Position numbers and translations under genes: made by a program. A DNA stretch of 64,000 nt from Leucoraja ocellata (lineage: Eukaryota): positions 10,602,001-10,666,000 of the forward strand of contig JAWMAR010000027.1 in the NCBI GenBank assembly GCA_036785375.1, written 5' to 3'. The notes beneath the pieces were generated by a model. The model saw only the letters and a program-made list of their open reading frames with translations. It had not been told where the DNA came from and did not search any database. This document shows positions 24,705-38,800 of this stretch, piece after piece (the first letter of the stretch is position 1; every line of letters begins with the position of its first letter).

Positions 24705-25570
24705 TGTGACCAGTGCTGGGGTCACCATTGTTCCCATTTACGTTAATGAGTTGGATGAGAATGTATTTAAAGTGGTTAGTTTTATGGATGACATCAAAGT
24801 TGGTAGTAGAGTGGAGAATGAGGAAAGCTATCCATGTTTACATATGGGCCAACTGCGGAATATAGGTCAAAGCATGGCACGTGGAATTCAATTTCGACAG
24901 GTCTGAGATAATGTATTTTGGTTAGACAAACCAGGGCAGGACATGCACACTAAATGATAGGGGTCTGGAGAGCAGTTTAGGGCAGGTGAATCTAGGGGTA
25001 TGGATGCACAGTTCCCTTAAAGTGGCCATACTGATATACAGGTGGTGAAGGTGATGTATGGCTTGCTTCTTTCATCAGTAAGGGCATTGAGTACAGGAAT
25101 TGGAACATCTTGCCAGATTTACACATTGGCGAAACTACATTTAGAGTATTATATATAGTTATGATTGTGGTATAGGAAGGATGTCATTAATCTGCAAAGG
25201 ATGCAGAAAAGATTTGCCATGATCTTATCAGGACTGGAGTTCAGAGGCTTAAGAGGGACATTTTTGTCCCTGGAGCATGGGAGGCCTACGTGTGACCGTA
25301 TAGAGGTGTACAAAATCATGAGACGCAGATAAGTCGAATAGTCGGTATTCTTCTCCCCTCTCACCCACGGAAATGTCTTTACCCACAGGGCAATGCATGC
25401 ATGGAATGAGGTGCACAAGGAAGCTGTGAAGGCTGTAAATTGGAACAGATGCATGGATAGGACAGATTTAGAGATATGGACCAAATACAGGCAATTGGGA
25501 CCGACTCAGCTAAAAAAGTTGGTGCGCATGGACAAAGTTGGGCCAAATTACCCCTTTCCAGGTTGTAAGG
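24705..25570 (+). mobile_element. Older CR1 LINE ORF2/3' fragment
   Basis: IYVNELDENV...SFMDDIKVG, a degenerate FADD region, plus a CR1 3' end. Confidence 0.8.
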
Positions 25571-28529
25571 CTCGACTCCAAGAACCTTACTGAAAAACTC
25601 ACCTTTCCATTCCAAGAGATGACAGCTGATAGAGAAAATACTTAAAAATATATCAACATTTCTCCCAAACACGTTTTTAAAACTTTTGGGTTACATGTAG
25701 TAATGGATAGGTGTTTATATGATTGAAACAATGCAACTCTAATGACCAAGTACTCACAGCAGACTAGCTCAAATTGTTCAGTCATTTCAGTGACATAGCT
25801 AATTGTACAAAACTGCAGAATGAAAGTCATGAAATAATTAACCCAAATTATGTTAAATCACATGGTCACCAAGTCACAAGGGAACATTCCAATATTAGAG
25901 AATGTGCAATGTAATCAAGGCTGTTTTCAAGTCTTACATGTTTCAATTCTGGAATAGCCAGAGAGTGTCTTCTTAGATTTGAAAATAAAATATCAAAACC
26001 TCATAGTAACATCTAAGATTAATCATGGTTTGAAGATGGCATATTAATTTGTATCCAAAGTGGGATAGGTCGTCATGGATTTAAACTGATTAAAAAAAAA
26101 AGTGTAATTTGGATTGCAAGCAGGAAACTTGTAACTCATTGGTAATTCAAATGGACTCCCACAAATTTATGGAGGCCAAAAATAAGTTAAGACAGTCATG
26201 GAAATAATTCCAATCAAGGGGCCAAACAAAGCTTAACCCAATTGCTTCATTGAAATGCTTTGCTGATAAGTGATGAACATATACATGTTCTGCATCATTC
26301 TGGCAATTTCCAAACTCTGCACCAGAACCGTTTATACTTCTCCCCTTATAAATTTTAAGCAAGTTAAAACCCATCATACCAATGTTTGCCCAATTTTTTA
26401 CTTTAAACACTAGAAAGTGTCAATATCCCACATTTCTAAAGCGCAATCCAGTCAACTGAAGGCATAACATTGATCTAATTCATTTTCCATGATTCAAATC
26501 AATTCCTGCTAATCCAGTATTAATAGGGAACCTAATTTCCACTGTTCTTGGTATTTAAGTCTCTCACCACCAGCATCCAGGAATCTTTCACACCACAATC
26601 AGCATCAGAACAGGTGTACCCATGAGTAGTAGTTGTTCTTCATCATTCATGAAGTATTTAGCTGAGATACTTGTTCAGCTGGCAAGTATTTCACTGCATA
26701 AGGCAGATGATTATGCCTACTTTCTTTGCAACAGTAAGACGTGTAACAAGTGGAATCTAGGTGTGAATAACTTCAGCTATTTGTAACTGGACACATGAAG
26801 CCAGAGCTGCACCATAATAAAAATAAACAGGTGACAAGTGGAAAGAAGGGCATGGCACTATCCATTATTTTTCAGTATCAGGCCTTGCAATCAATGCAAA
26901 AATAAGTCAACCTTACTTTTAATTCAATTTAATAACACCTTCTCCCAAATGTCATGCTTTCCTTTTTAACCATTTCAAGTACATAAGAAATAAATTTAGG
27001 ATCAGATTGTCTAATTCTTCATGTTTAAAGTTGGTTATTTTCGGATTCATGTTCAAGTGAAAATAGTACAACAATCTACAACACTCCATTAACAAATTTG
27101 ACTGAATTTGAGGCAAGACATGAATTATTTATTCTTGAAATACTAGTACTCATCATTTGCAGTGAACCATTAGTGCGTCATGATATTCCAGTCATAAGAT
27201 GCATTACAGCAACTTTGACAGGCTTACATGATAGCACTTCGTCAAACTTCCATCTTGAAGGGCAAGGGCAGTAGCAGTGGGGACTCCACCTTCAATTTGC
27301 CCTTCATGTCATACATCATTAAGGCTTGGACCCAATTTTGCTCCTCTCTCACCTTTGCTGGTTGAAAGCATGGAACTCCCTCCCGCAGAGCACTGTGATA
27401 TGACTGATGCATTTCAGGGCAACAGTTCACCACCATTTTTTAATGGCAATAAACAATGTTAGTGCCCACACATTGCATGCATATAAAAATACAAATGAAG
27501 GATTAAAACTAAGTTAGCAAACCAGAGTCGTGCCTGTTCAGCAACAGTGCAAGTCAAGTTTGAGGAAAAAGTATAGAATAAATGAAAAGCAAATTACTGT
27601 TCTTTGAACTGGATCAGATGAAGTCTTGGAAGCAAAAACTAGCAGTTTTAAAAAGATCAACTGGATAAAATAGATTTCTGTGTACAGCACAAGCATGGTC
27701 AGCTACATTACCATGTTACAATATTTCATTATAACTGCATTAGCATATATAATTTAAGTAGCTTGTTCTAGAATCTTTTCAAATATCACTTGCCAATATT
27801 ACTGTTTCTGGAAGCTGAACACGTTTCTACAATATCATTATGGAGTGACAATTAGATGGGTAAGAGTAAAGAGGAACTGGCTACGTTCAACTTTCATTTC
27901 TATCTTTACCACCCCTCGTTCTGTGTTTTAAGCTTGGAAATGTAACCAACTCATCATTCCAGGTTTATTTAAGAATCTAATCTGATTGTAAAGTTGGTTA
28001 TCTGAAACATTACAAAGATAAAAAGCTAGGCTGGTGTATTTAAAAAAAAAAAAAAGAAAAACTCTGCTACTTCACCCCATGTACGGATGTGCACCTAATC
28101 AACCCTGGCTTTTGTAGCCAAACTACTCTGTACTGTCAGAATTCTCCCAGGCGATAATGAAAACAAGATTAAAATTCAAAAACATTTTTGCTGATCAGAT
28201 TGGTAAAAAACTTGTGAAACTATTGTTTAATTAGCAACTTAAGATGCATATTTGCAACCACAGCACTGAGGAGAAACAATGTTACAGCGCAGATGCATCC
28301 TGTAAAACTTTACATACCGCTTGGGATGAAGATTATTAATTATCTCATAAGAAAGTTAATTTAAGATCCCACAAAACTATATCTTTAGAATATTCACTTT
28401 AACAAGTGCAAAATACTACATTCACAGGAAAGACAAGACTGCCAATCTTGCAGATTGCCAGTTACGTGCAGTCATTATGGCCTCTGGTAAACCTGTGCAA
28501 ATTTTATCAACGGGAACTGGAGTGTATCT

Positions 28530-29722
28530 CCAGACTGTGTCCAGATATAACATTTATTGCTTTATATGAATACTGTATTGAAAGCCATAGCATTCAGTTT
28601 ACACACAAATTATACAATTATATAACGTGTCACAAAGGCAGTGAACAATTACAATCTACAAAATCTACTTACAGAAATTTAAAAATTCTAAATATCAAAA
28701 AGTACAGTTGCCAGAAACAAGTACAAACTTGACAGCCAGTAATTGTGGAAGTTAGTTGAAGGATTTTGAATATACAAGCTGGAAATCAGAAAACAACACA
28801 AGTACAGGTTATCATTTGTGCTTTGAGTTCTCATCTCCAAAGATGTACAACCACTGGCTGTCAATATGTAGTAGCATGTTCAAAAATATCTTTCACTTCA
28901 AAATTTTGTACAAATCATGGTGGTTCAATGCACCCCCTAAAATTGTATTACCAGTACACAAGATCTGGCACAATACTAAATTAACAGGTTAATTGCCGCA
29001 GCTCTTCAACACAGTCAGTGGTATAAGTGTAACATTGCTGTCCGCATGCTACAAGTATTTTAACTGAAAGGGACTTAGTCAAATGTTCGCAACGTTTTAA
29101 CCACTGAGCATAAATTGAGCAACTACTTCCCACCTTTTTCTGCTTGAACAGTGAATTAAAAAAAGCATTTATTCTGCAACCAAAACTGATTTTGAAGATT
29201 TGATGTTTCACTTTTATGTAAACCACTTACTCCCTTTTGAGTAATAAATTCCATCAATGCAGGATCAGAAGTAAATAGAAGTGATGTATAATTGAGTTTT
29301 TTCTCTGGAATGTGTTGCAACTTGTGGTTTCTGCAGTGTTTTAAGTAAATGTATTAAAAGTTGAAACAATGACCAAGAAATTAAATCTTGAAGTTTAAAA
29401 ACTAGACAAAGAATAATTACAGTAAATGGCCTAGCTCAATGAACTGCAAAACATCGTGACAATTTATCCAGTTTAAAAACTTTCTCTAAATAAAAATCTA
29501 TGCATAACCCACTGATTTGACCAAACAAAACAAAAATGATGGGAGCAGTAGATGAGATCTAAAGGAGCTGGTTTCACAGTTCTCATCTAATACAGCTCTT
29601 CCAGGGATCAGAGAAGGACTATTCCTCCTCTTCTGGAAAACAAAGGTCCACTTTATTACATAAAATTTATACAGTGTAAAAGCAACACCTCATGGAAAAT
29701 ACAGCACAGATTATCTCTACTC
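28530..29722 (-). other. PPP4R2: PPP4R2 3'UTR (approximate end)
   Basis: Repeat-free AU-rich stretch directly after the stop codon, ending near an AATAAA. The true end is not known and a longer UTR isoform is possible. Confidence 0.6.
28553..28558 (-). promoter_or_regulatory. Candidate polyadenylation signal AATAAA for PPP4R2
   Basis: tttatt on the + strand, about 1.17 kb downstream of the stop and preceded on the minus strand by UGUA/U-rich sequence. Confidence 0.5.
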
Positions 29723-30012
29723 TTAGTCCTGCTCCATTGGTTCTTCTGTGACATCCGCACTGTTCTCCATTGGGCTCTCAGAAGGCATTTCTGGAGTTTC
29801 GGGGGGTGTATCTGGTTTTTCTGCAGCACTGCAGTCCACACTGTTTCTAATAGTATCAGTATTATCACTGATTTCACTTTCTTCAGAAGTTAAAGTCTTG
29901 GTTAGGTCCGATTGGTCCATTTGATTTTCATCCGAAGTCTTGATGTTTTTAAATGAAACTTCAACTTTCTCTTCATCAGATTCAAACAAGGCTTTCATTT
30001 TTGCACTTGATT
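29723..30012 (-). CDS. PPP4R2: PPP4R2 last coding exon 9 (290 nt to stop)
   Basis: Acidic tail ending ...SPMENSADVTEEPMEQD*, matching the vertebrate PPP4R2 C-terminus (EPMEQD). Acceptor tttacag|AA. Exons 3-9 sum to 1048 nt and keep one frame throughout. Confidence 0.94.
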
Positions 30013-30134
30013 CTGTAAATACACAAAATATTATCAGAAGCCCATTCTCCAATGCTATGCAGCAATGTGCCGTTGTGTAGGCGATATTCCTTGATTGTTA
30101 ATGTGCTGATCTCACAAGAACCATTTAGCTTTGT

Positions 30135-30665
30135 TAACTTTCTGCATGGTAGACTGCTCTGAAAAATTAGATTGTATGGGATCCAGGGAGATCTTGGTAA
30201 CTGGATACAGAATTGGCTTCATGGTAGGAAGTAGTGGGTGGTGGTGCTGGAAGGTTGTTACTTGGACGCGAGGCATGTGACCATTGGTTTATAATCCAAC
30301 ATTTGGATGAGAATAATCAGCAAGTCTGCAGTCGACACTAAAATAGGTGGTGCTGTAGACAGTGAAGATGGTTATCAAGATTAAAGTGTGATCTTGGTTA
30401 ACTGGGCAAGTGGACTGTGGACTGAGGACTGGCTAATTGAGTTTAATTCACATGTGCAAGATGTCGCATTTGGGAAGTCAAACCAGGGCAGGGCCTACTG
30501 TGAATGATAGGGCCATGGGGATTGTTGTAAAGCAGAGGGATCTCGGAGTTACAGGTCCAAACTTCCTGAAAATGGCAAAACAGTTAGATGGGCTAAAAGG
30601 ACGAGCTTATACAGGAGTACCTAGGTTGGCATTGACAGGTTGAGTTGAAAGACTTGTTTCCATGG
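30135..30665 (+). mobile_element. Older CR1 LINE fragment in PPP4R2 intron 8
   Basis: Degenerate RT region (GIQG..NWIQNWL, SKSAVDTKIGG, QRDLGV). Confidence 0.75.
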
Positions 30666-31104
30666 TTGTAGTCATAATTATATAACTCTATGAGAAGCTC
30701 AAATGATATATTGTACAATATGGACATACAGTTTTGAAGTTTGACATTGTACATTCATATACGAGAATGTTGGAGAAAGTAGAAAACCTAAGGTTCCTGA
30801 GATTAAACTATCTCCCCATATTAAGCTCTCCCAGAAGAATAAATGAATGATTGGGTGGGGAGAAATGTTCAGCTGGATGGTGCAGACATCCTATTAGGTA
30901 TGCCACATTAAATATATTCTTAATCTTCCTGCCAATTTTTCCATGTGAAAGCATACCATTACAGAAAAAAAAATGCATCTTAAAATTGGAGAAGGAGAAC
31001 CGATGGGGTTTGGAATATAAATCTCTCAAATACAAATTAATTGTTAAATTTCATTTCTTTAGCAGGGTACATCAGTATCCACTGCAACATTAGTGTTTAG
31101 TTTA

Positions 31105-31395
31105 GAGATACAGTATGGAAACAGGCCCTTGGACCCACTGAGTCCATACCCAACCATTGATAACCCGTATCCTGGTTCCATGTTATCTCACTTTTGCACC
31201 CTACACACTTGGGGCAATTTACAGAAACCAATTTACCAGCAAACATGCACGTCTTTGGAATGTGGGAGGAAACCAGAGCACCTGGAGAAAACCCACGTCA
31301 CAGGGAAAATGTACAAACTCTGCAGACAGCACTGGTCGTCGGGAGTGAACCTAGGTCTCTCGCGCTGTGAGGAACCAACTCCACAGCAGTGCTAC
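31105..31395 (-). mobile_element. V-SINE (HE1-like), near full length
   Basis: Reverse (CTAAA)n tail at 31105, V-domain and tRNA-like head near 31390. Confidence 0.8.
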
Positions 31396-31590
31396 TGTTC
31401 TAAGATTAATTTCAACTGTTTGCTTTACATTGAGGGAATGATCCTAGTTTTACATTTCTCATTTGTATTGAAGACTGAAACAAGTGATTGTTGGGGCTTG
31501 TTGGCAGACCATTTTCTATCAGTAGAACTTTGTAAAAAATTTACTGCTAACCAGAATATTATTTCATATATCTAAGGGAATATACAATAC

Positions 31591-31823
31591 CTTTTTTATC
31601 TACGTTAGCTGGATCATCTTTGGCTTCTTCCTGCTTCTCAGTATTCTCACTTTCTTCAGGCATTTCTGAGGAAGTCTCAGAATGTACAGGTTCATTTTCC
31701 TCATTTTCCTCGTCAAATTTCAGTCGTTTTACCTCAGGAGCCTCGGCTTCCATTGTGTCTTCCAAATGTTTATTTTTTGAACAGGTACTTGGAACGTCCT
31801 CTTCATGGGATGTGGGTGAATCA
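31591..31823 (-). CDS. PPP4R2: PPP4R2 coding exon 8 (233 nt)
   Basis: Encodes DSPTSHEEDVPSTCSKNKHLEDTMEAEAPEVKRLKFDEENEE...NVDKK, with conserved KNKH and EVKRLxFD. Acceptor tgatcag|T, donor G|gtattg, phase 2-1. Confidence 0.92.
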
Positions 31824-31984
31824 CTGATCAAAAATTTAAATAATGCATTAGACGCAACAATTTGGCACACAACCGCGTTAATAGTGTAGATCCCCTTGTC
31901 AAATACAGGGGGCTAACTTTCCACCTTTGATCTTGTGCATTTGTCAGTTTCCAAGTTGTTAGTCATATCGAACATTGCAGCAGG

Positions 31985-33195
31985 AACCTGACCAAGTGTA
32001 TCTCAATTCATGTGGGAAGCATATTGCTTGGGCCCTGCAGAGATATTTATATAATTGTTAGCCAAAGCTGAGGTGTCGTAGGACTGGAGGATGGCAGCAA
32101 TGTTTTTTTATTTTAGAAAGGCCGCAAGGCCAAGTCACGGAACTACGGGCCAGCGAGCCTGATATCAGCGGTGGCAGAATTACTGGAGGGAACTCTGACG
32201 GACTTGATCTACCTGCATTTGAAAAGGCAGGGACTGATTTGGGATAATCAGCATGACTTTGTGTGGAAAATTGAGTCTTACGAATTTGTTTTTTTCAATA
32301 TGATGAAGGTGACTGACAAAGGCAAGGGAGTAGACACTGACTATCTGGTCTTTCTCAAGGCCTTTGACAAGGTCCGATGAGGGATCCAGGGTGAGCTAGT
32401 CAATTCAATACAAAAGAGGGGAGGGAATTACAAATTGGAAACCTGGGACCAGTGCTGGGATCTGTGCTGGATCCCATCAGTAGCAAGATAAGTCAATTTA
32501 TAGCTAACAAAATAGTGTTATAGTTGACAGCCAGGAAGGTTGTCAAAGCTTACAACAGGATCTAGATCAACTGGGAAAGTGGCAAAGGAATGCAAGGTGG
32601 AATTTAATTCAGACATGCGAAGTGATGCCTTTTGGAAAGTTAAACCAGAGCAAGGCAATGAATGTTAGGGGTCAGAGAGTATTGTACAACAACCAGACCT
32701 AAGAGTACGTACACAGTCCCTTGAAGTAGCAACACAGGAGGATAGGAAGGTGAAGAAATAAATGTGTATATCACGCTTGCCCACAATTGGGGCATTGGGT
32801 ACAAGAGTTGCAACATCATGTTACGGTTGTGCACGGTATTAGCGAGCCTGCAACAGGAGGATCATGTGCAGTTCCAGTTATTATGCTACAGGATGTGAGT
32901 AAGCTAGAGAGGATGCAGAAAAGATTCACAAGGATGTTTGTGGGATCGTAGGGTTTGTGTTGTAAGTAGAGATTGGATAGCTGCAATGTTCTTCCTGCAG
33001 TGATGGAAACAGAGGGCGTGACCTTAGACGTTTATAAAATCATGAGGGGCGTTTAAAATACATTTGGACAAGTGCATGGATAGGAAAGGTTTTGAAAGAC
33101 AAGGGCCAAAAATGCCAATAGTTCTACCTCAGTTGGACACCTTGGTTGGCAAGGATGAGTTGAGCCAAAGGGCCCGTCTCCGTGGTGTCTAACTC
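31985..33195 (+). mobile_element. Older CR1 LINE ORF2/3' fragment in PPP4R2 intron 7
   Basis: GNYGPASL, GLIWDNQHDFV, YLVFLKAFDKV, plus a CR1 3' end. Confidence 0.82.
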
Positions 33196-33630
33196 TAGGA
33201 CTCAACTCATTTCCCCAACACCCATATCCAATGACCAGGTAAACATTTTCACATTCTCAATATCAAAACATATTCTCTCTAGTCTCATACAATCCTCACA
33301 TTTGCACTCCATAAATCTTGAAATACAATTTTATTTCTTCAGCTGTTATCTCGTCAGCTCAAATTTTCTCCTAATATCTCTCTGCCTTGTTGCATTTTCT
33401 CTCTCTTTGAGATCATCATTAAGACTCCCTGCTTTGACCAAGCTTTTGCCAGTCATCCAGCGTCTTGAGCTTGGTTGAAATTTTACTCAATAACATGAAG
33501 CACCCAAGAAAAGATGATTTGCTTATAACATAAATTTACATTGGATCTCTACATATGCATCACTTTAAAACTTTCCCCTGAACGTTTATATAAAGATTAC
33601 AAACTTTATTCATAGAGTTAGGTGATATAC

Positions 33631-33771
33631 CTATGAGACTTGTCCTCTGTTTGTTGTACATTTATTTCTCTGTCAGAGCTGTTCGGCAAACCGTTTGTTG
33701 TTAAAGGACTTGATAATGAAACCTTTGATCGACTCAGAGGTCTTGGTGTACCGGGACCATTGATATTAGAT
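33631..33771 (-). CDS. PPP4R2: PPP4R2 coding exon 7 (141 nt)
   Basis: Read by hand as [46 protein letters not shown](S), with conserved [12 protein letters not shown] and TTNGLP. Acceptor tttcag|A, donor AG|gtatat, phase 2-2. Confidence 0.95.
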
Positions 33772-34499
33772 CTGAAATTAAAATAAGTACTCTAAGTAAG
33801 CATAAGGAACTACAAGGATCACCGTTTTAAAAAATATTCCATTCAGAAATTATAAGTTAAAACATGCATACTAAATTTAACCCCTTTTGGTAATTCCTTT
33901 AAAGGAGATTTGTGCTCTGCATTCAGTTTACAGAAACATGTGCTAAAATGGAATTATCTGAATGGGGCTAAATGTATTGCTCTGCATTCAGTAGCAAAAA
34001 CAGTCTACTATATGTATTGCTTCAATGCACCAAACTGCTGTCAATTCATATCTCAGAGCTATAATATCACCCGAGGGTTCCATGTTTTCATAGCTTTTAA
34101 ATGAGAAATTATCAGAAATTATAAACAAATTAAATACCTCAGTGTACGTAAAACTAATCCTGCTGTGAGGAAGGTTACGGTCGACTCAATTTTTCTCACT
34201 GAGGATGGAGTTTACCATGCTCAGTTTATCAAGCCTGCTTCAAAGAACATGGCAACCCAAAATACGAAGCAAAATTATCAATGGAACCAAGAAATGAGAT
34301 TTTGAAAAGCAAATAAACATTTGAACGCATAAATACATTAATTATTTTACACACTGAAATCCAAAGTTATTTTACAGCAAATGCTGTGAATAATCTCACC
34401 CTCCTGCGGTCAAAAATATTTACATTTCCTTTTATTTCTCAAATAAAAAACACGTAAAAAAATAATTAGATTCACAAACCAAAGCAGACTGTGGCTTAC

Positions 34500-34580
34500 C
34501 TGTCTGTGTAACCAGTGTGGCTTCCTGACAGCATGATGCCATTCACACGATTCAAACTATTTGAGCTAAAGTTGTATTTC
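34500..34580 (-). CDS. PPP4R2: PPP4R2 coding exon 6 (81 nt)
   Basis: Read by hand as KYNFSSNSLNRVNGIMLSGSHTGYTD(R), compare mammalian [25 protein letters not shown]. Acceptor ttcttcag|G, donor AG|gtaagc, phase 2-2. Confidence 0.93.
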
Positions 34581-34673
34581 CTGAAGAAAATCAGGGAGAA
34601 TTCAATTATTTGAAGCATTAAACAATTCTTGGAATATAATTATACTGTAAATTTATTTTTTAATTGTACTTAC

Positions 34674-34711
34674 TCTGTTGAGGGATACACACAGCTGACA
34701 ACCATAACGTT
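34674..34711 (-). CDS. PPP4R2: PPP4R2 coding exon 5 (38 nt)
   Basis: Not in the ORF track. Read by hand as NVMVVSCVYPST(E). Acceptor tcgcag|AAC, donor GA|gtaagt, phase 0-2. Confidence 0.95.
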
Positions 34712-34857
34712 CTGCGAATATACAAAGTAGAAGTATGCATGATTTAAGGAAAAATGTCTGCATCTAATATCTTGCTATATCATAAATCCATGCATTTCAT
34801 TAATTGCAAAACATTTCAGCAACGGGTAATAGGTATGATTTTACACTTACTGGATAT

Positions 34858-35008
34858 CATAGAAACATAGAAAATAGGTGCAGGAGTAGGTCCTACAAGC
34901 TCACACCCACCATTCAATATGATCATGGCTGTTCATCCAAAATCAGTACTCCTTTCCTGCTTTCTCCCCATATCCCTTGATTCCGTTAGCCCTAAGAGCT
35001 AATATCTA
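34858..35008 (-). mobile_element. CR1 LINE 3' end
   Basis: CATAGAAACATAGAAAATAGGTGCAGGAG reverse tail. Confidence 0.85.
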
Positions 35009-35776
35009 TCAGATATTAATAGACAAAGTACATCCAGTCTTTACCATTTACTCTATTTGGGATCAAAAGCTCTGTAGAATGATAAATGGGAAGAACCAAA
35101 TGCCTTTCCATTGCAAAATAAATCACCCAATATCAAGATGTGACACAGTATCACAAATCCAAATTGATTGAGAGATTAAAACATCATGCAAAGTAGGTAT
35201 TCATATGGATAAAGTATTTGATAACCATTAGGCCACATCAATTATTTTTGACATGTCACTGGAAGCAATCTTGTGACAAAGTTAAAAAAGTTTGGAGGTG
35301 GGCAGGAAATTGTAGAAGGAATGCAAAGATGTTCCCCCAATAATTTCACCAAATATGATTAACATTTTTCATAAATGCATGGAATGCCAAAAACTGGAAA
35401 TGAAAGTATGTTATATTATGACACCAAGTGTTAAGGAATATAGCTCGACCAGGTAAATCACTTAAACTGCCACAGATGGAGTTCTATGGAAAAGCATTAA
35501 GTCACCCACATTGAACCCAAGATTCACTGTTGGCAATATAGATAGTAGGTTTGGATTTCTCTGTACACAGTTAGATACAGCTGACAAGGAGGCCAGGAAC
35601 TAAGTCATTTAGCACAGGATCCTCAGACTGACCTAATCTGTCCTGAGAAATGGAAAATATAATTCTAATCCTTAATCTTTGAATTACTTAGGACTTGGTG
35701 GTATAGTTAAAAGTGGATGCTTGTGGGTTAAATAGTTAGTATCAAAGTTAAAATCAATTTCTCGTTTCTTGGTTAC

Positions 35777-35870
35777 CTTTTCAATTCCTCTGAGAAATTT
35801 ATCTGTCCCAGTGTAATTCTTCTTAGGATCAATAAGCAGCTCACATAGACGCTGAATTGTGAAGGGAATA
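35777..35870 (-). CDS. PPP4R2: PPP4R2 coding exon 4 (94 nt)
   Basis: Encodes [31 protein letters not shown], the hallmark [11 protein letters not shown] motif of the PPP4R2 family. Acceptor ctacag|T, donor AAG|gtaacc, phase 2-0. Confidence 0.97.
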
Positions 35871-38800
35871 CTGTAGACGTAAACAAATACATTATCCATT
35901 AACTGGAACATGCCCCGAAAAGAATTAATAAAAGCACACATTTGGAGGCCCGGAGACAATAGAGGGAATATCAAGTTTGCATAATTATCTGTAACATTTC
36001 CTTTTGACAGCCCAATTTCTCAAGCCTTTATTTTCAAATTTGTCTCTTCTCTCACATGCTACTCTGTCAAACTATAAAAGTGATATAACAACCAAGATAC
36101 AAGCAGACCTAACAAGAAGAAAGGGAAAGTAGTTGCACGTCTACAGCAAAGTGCCAATTTTGTCCAACATTGGTGCATTGTTACAAACTGTTGCTCGGTG
36201 ACTTTAATCAGCCTGTTGTACATTATCAGCATGACTGCAGCAATATACTCCCACCAGAGATTTAAGGTTATGCACTCAGATCAGTTCAGCGTTATAGCAT
36301 GTAAATCATTGACAATCTAATGTAATACACTGCAGTACAGTCATTACAGGTCAATCTACGCGTTTACTGTTAACTGATCAAAACAAAGCTCTGTGCACCC
36401 TATGTTAAAAGCAAGTTCACGGTAAACATGCACAGATACTGCCTCAAGTGGACAAAAGTAAAATGAAAGGGATTGAATTTATCTGTATTCACAATTATTC
36501 GAAGCCTTAAAGTTTTGGAAAACACCTAGGTGATTCTGTAAACAACTGTCCTTATATTTTACAAGTCAAGAAAATAAATAATCCCATATGCCTTATTAAT
36601 CATTTAATTGATCCGGCTCAAGAGCTCTATAGGAAGTCACAGCTGATAAAAATCAAAAAGCAATGCTTTAAATAACTCCACAACCAGTACAAGCATTTAA
36701 TCTTTTTAGAATGTGCTGAATGGAAACATTTCAAGACCTTGTTGCAGCAATCCAAAAATAAACTACCCATCCATTCATGAAACATTGTGAATCTTAAACC
36801 TTATAAGCAAAAAATTATTAGAATATTCAGCCTTTTCTAGAAAAAGAGTAAGCAATGTGGATTTTACGATCAGCCTTTAGAATAGAAAGTGAAACACACA
36901 GCACATGAGTGAAACAGATAACATTTCAGATTAACATCCTTGCTTAAGGACGAGGAAAACAGTGATAAATTTGAGGGAGGGGCAAAATCTGTGGTGGAAT
37001 GGAATACGGGAGAGCAAATGGCAGAATTAATCAAGGCACGTGACAAAAGGGGTGGGTGGAGAGCAAGTGAATGTGTGCACAATGAAATAAGATCAAATAG
37101 AGCAAGCTGTCCTACAACTTTAGGCTGTGCATGCCCTACGCAAGAAGACTGATAGCTCGAGGGAAGATTTAAGTGAGAAGTGCTGTGGGACCACAGCAGA
37201 GTACAGAAAGTTGCAATGTCACATTAGATGGCAGATTACTCCTTCAGTTTACAGTGATCAGAATCAGAGTAGGAGCTCAACAAAAAATTCCAAGTGACAG
37301 GCAACTAGAAATTCTGAGTCAATGCTGTGGAATAACAGAAATGTTCTGCAAACCTGATGCTCAAAGTGGATTTGAGTGCAGAGGAGACTAGCGAGGAGTA
37401 AATAACTGTATATTAAGTGAAAGCGATTGAGAAATTCTTACTTCAGTATTGTGCTTTGTAACTGTAGTGTAGTATTGTAATGTACCTTTTGTCGCAAGGA
37501 ACACAATATATTTCCCACATTTAGGCAAAAGGGGAATTGTGGAATTCAAAATTACTTTGTGTAACACTAATTAAGTTTAAACTTTTAGAATAGAAAATTT
37601 ACAGAACCCCTCTGAACTTCAGCCATATGAAGAATGAATTGTTTGGTTGCCTTAAAGTTTGGGTACACAAATGCAACAATTATTTCAGCAATTACATGCG
37701 AGAAAATGTGTACTGCACGTTTCAAAACTGAAGTAACAACCCACAGTGGAGGAATTCAAATCATAGTTGCTAACACATACACTGTACCATCCTGCAATCT
37801 TGAGCTGCTCAGATTCCGAATGGAAAACTATTTATAATAAAAGTCACACTGGTAACCAGATGCTCCTCTGCTGCTGCACCTGTTGGCTCATTAACAAGCC
37901 AACTTGCAGCTGAGTATGTAAAACATCATAGTGGCTCATACTGTAATAATCAATTGTGACAAGACAGTTAAGTGGGTCAGTTTATAAAAGGATTCCAGTT
38001 TCCAAAACATTCACTGATTGTTGGGTGTTAATGGTGTTACATGAATGGACTAACGCTGACTCAGTGGTTCAGTAGCGGTTGATGAAACAGCTCAACATAT
38101 CAGCTAATATAGCTGAAAAATGGATGCTTCAACATAAAACATTTCTGCGGCCAGAAAATTGAGAATGTTGACAAATATGTACATCTTAAAGAAACATAAA
38201 AATAAACTACTACCATATCTACACAATGCCAGTATTTGGAAAATAAGAGTTTATTTAAGAAACGCACAAGGGCATCAATTCAGATGAAGCAGGATAAATT
38301 AAAGGGGTGCATAGTAAAATGCATAATGACAGGTGCACCAAGTAGATGGATTCAAAGTTCCACAAGCTCGTATTTTCTTTACTGCGACATCAGTTAATAA
38401 CTGCCAGACGAAAACTCTGATGTAATAGTGGTTTCAGATTGCACTGCGTAAACCAACACTAGTCTTCGGAATAAATGTGAAATACTTTAGTATTTCCCTA
38501 CAATCATATATAGAAACAACAAATTAAATAAAAGAGGCAGCCAGAGCAACTACTTTTTGTGATACCTTTTTGTTATACTCTATAACAAATAGGGCTAAAT
38601 GGCAATGAATATAGCATTGGTTAATTGTGCAGAATACATAATTGCATACATAGCATTTTGTTTGCTGTCAAATATTATAATTGATAGGGTAATTTGGCCA
38701 GACAACCATTTGGCAGTAAGCAGTTTAATGCTATCACCAATGCAGTAGGAAACAAGTGATTTACAGATGTTTTGCATACTCCAGCACAATTCCTCCTGCA

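Noticed and set aside
33772-35776. Endogenous bornavirus-like insert, prompted by EBLN2 lying in a human PPP4R2 intron
   Set aside because: The introns here are short and contain no long ORF or viral-like peptide.
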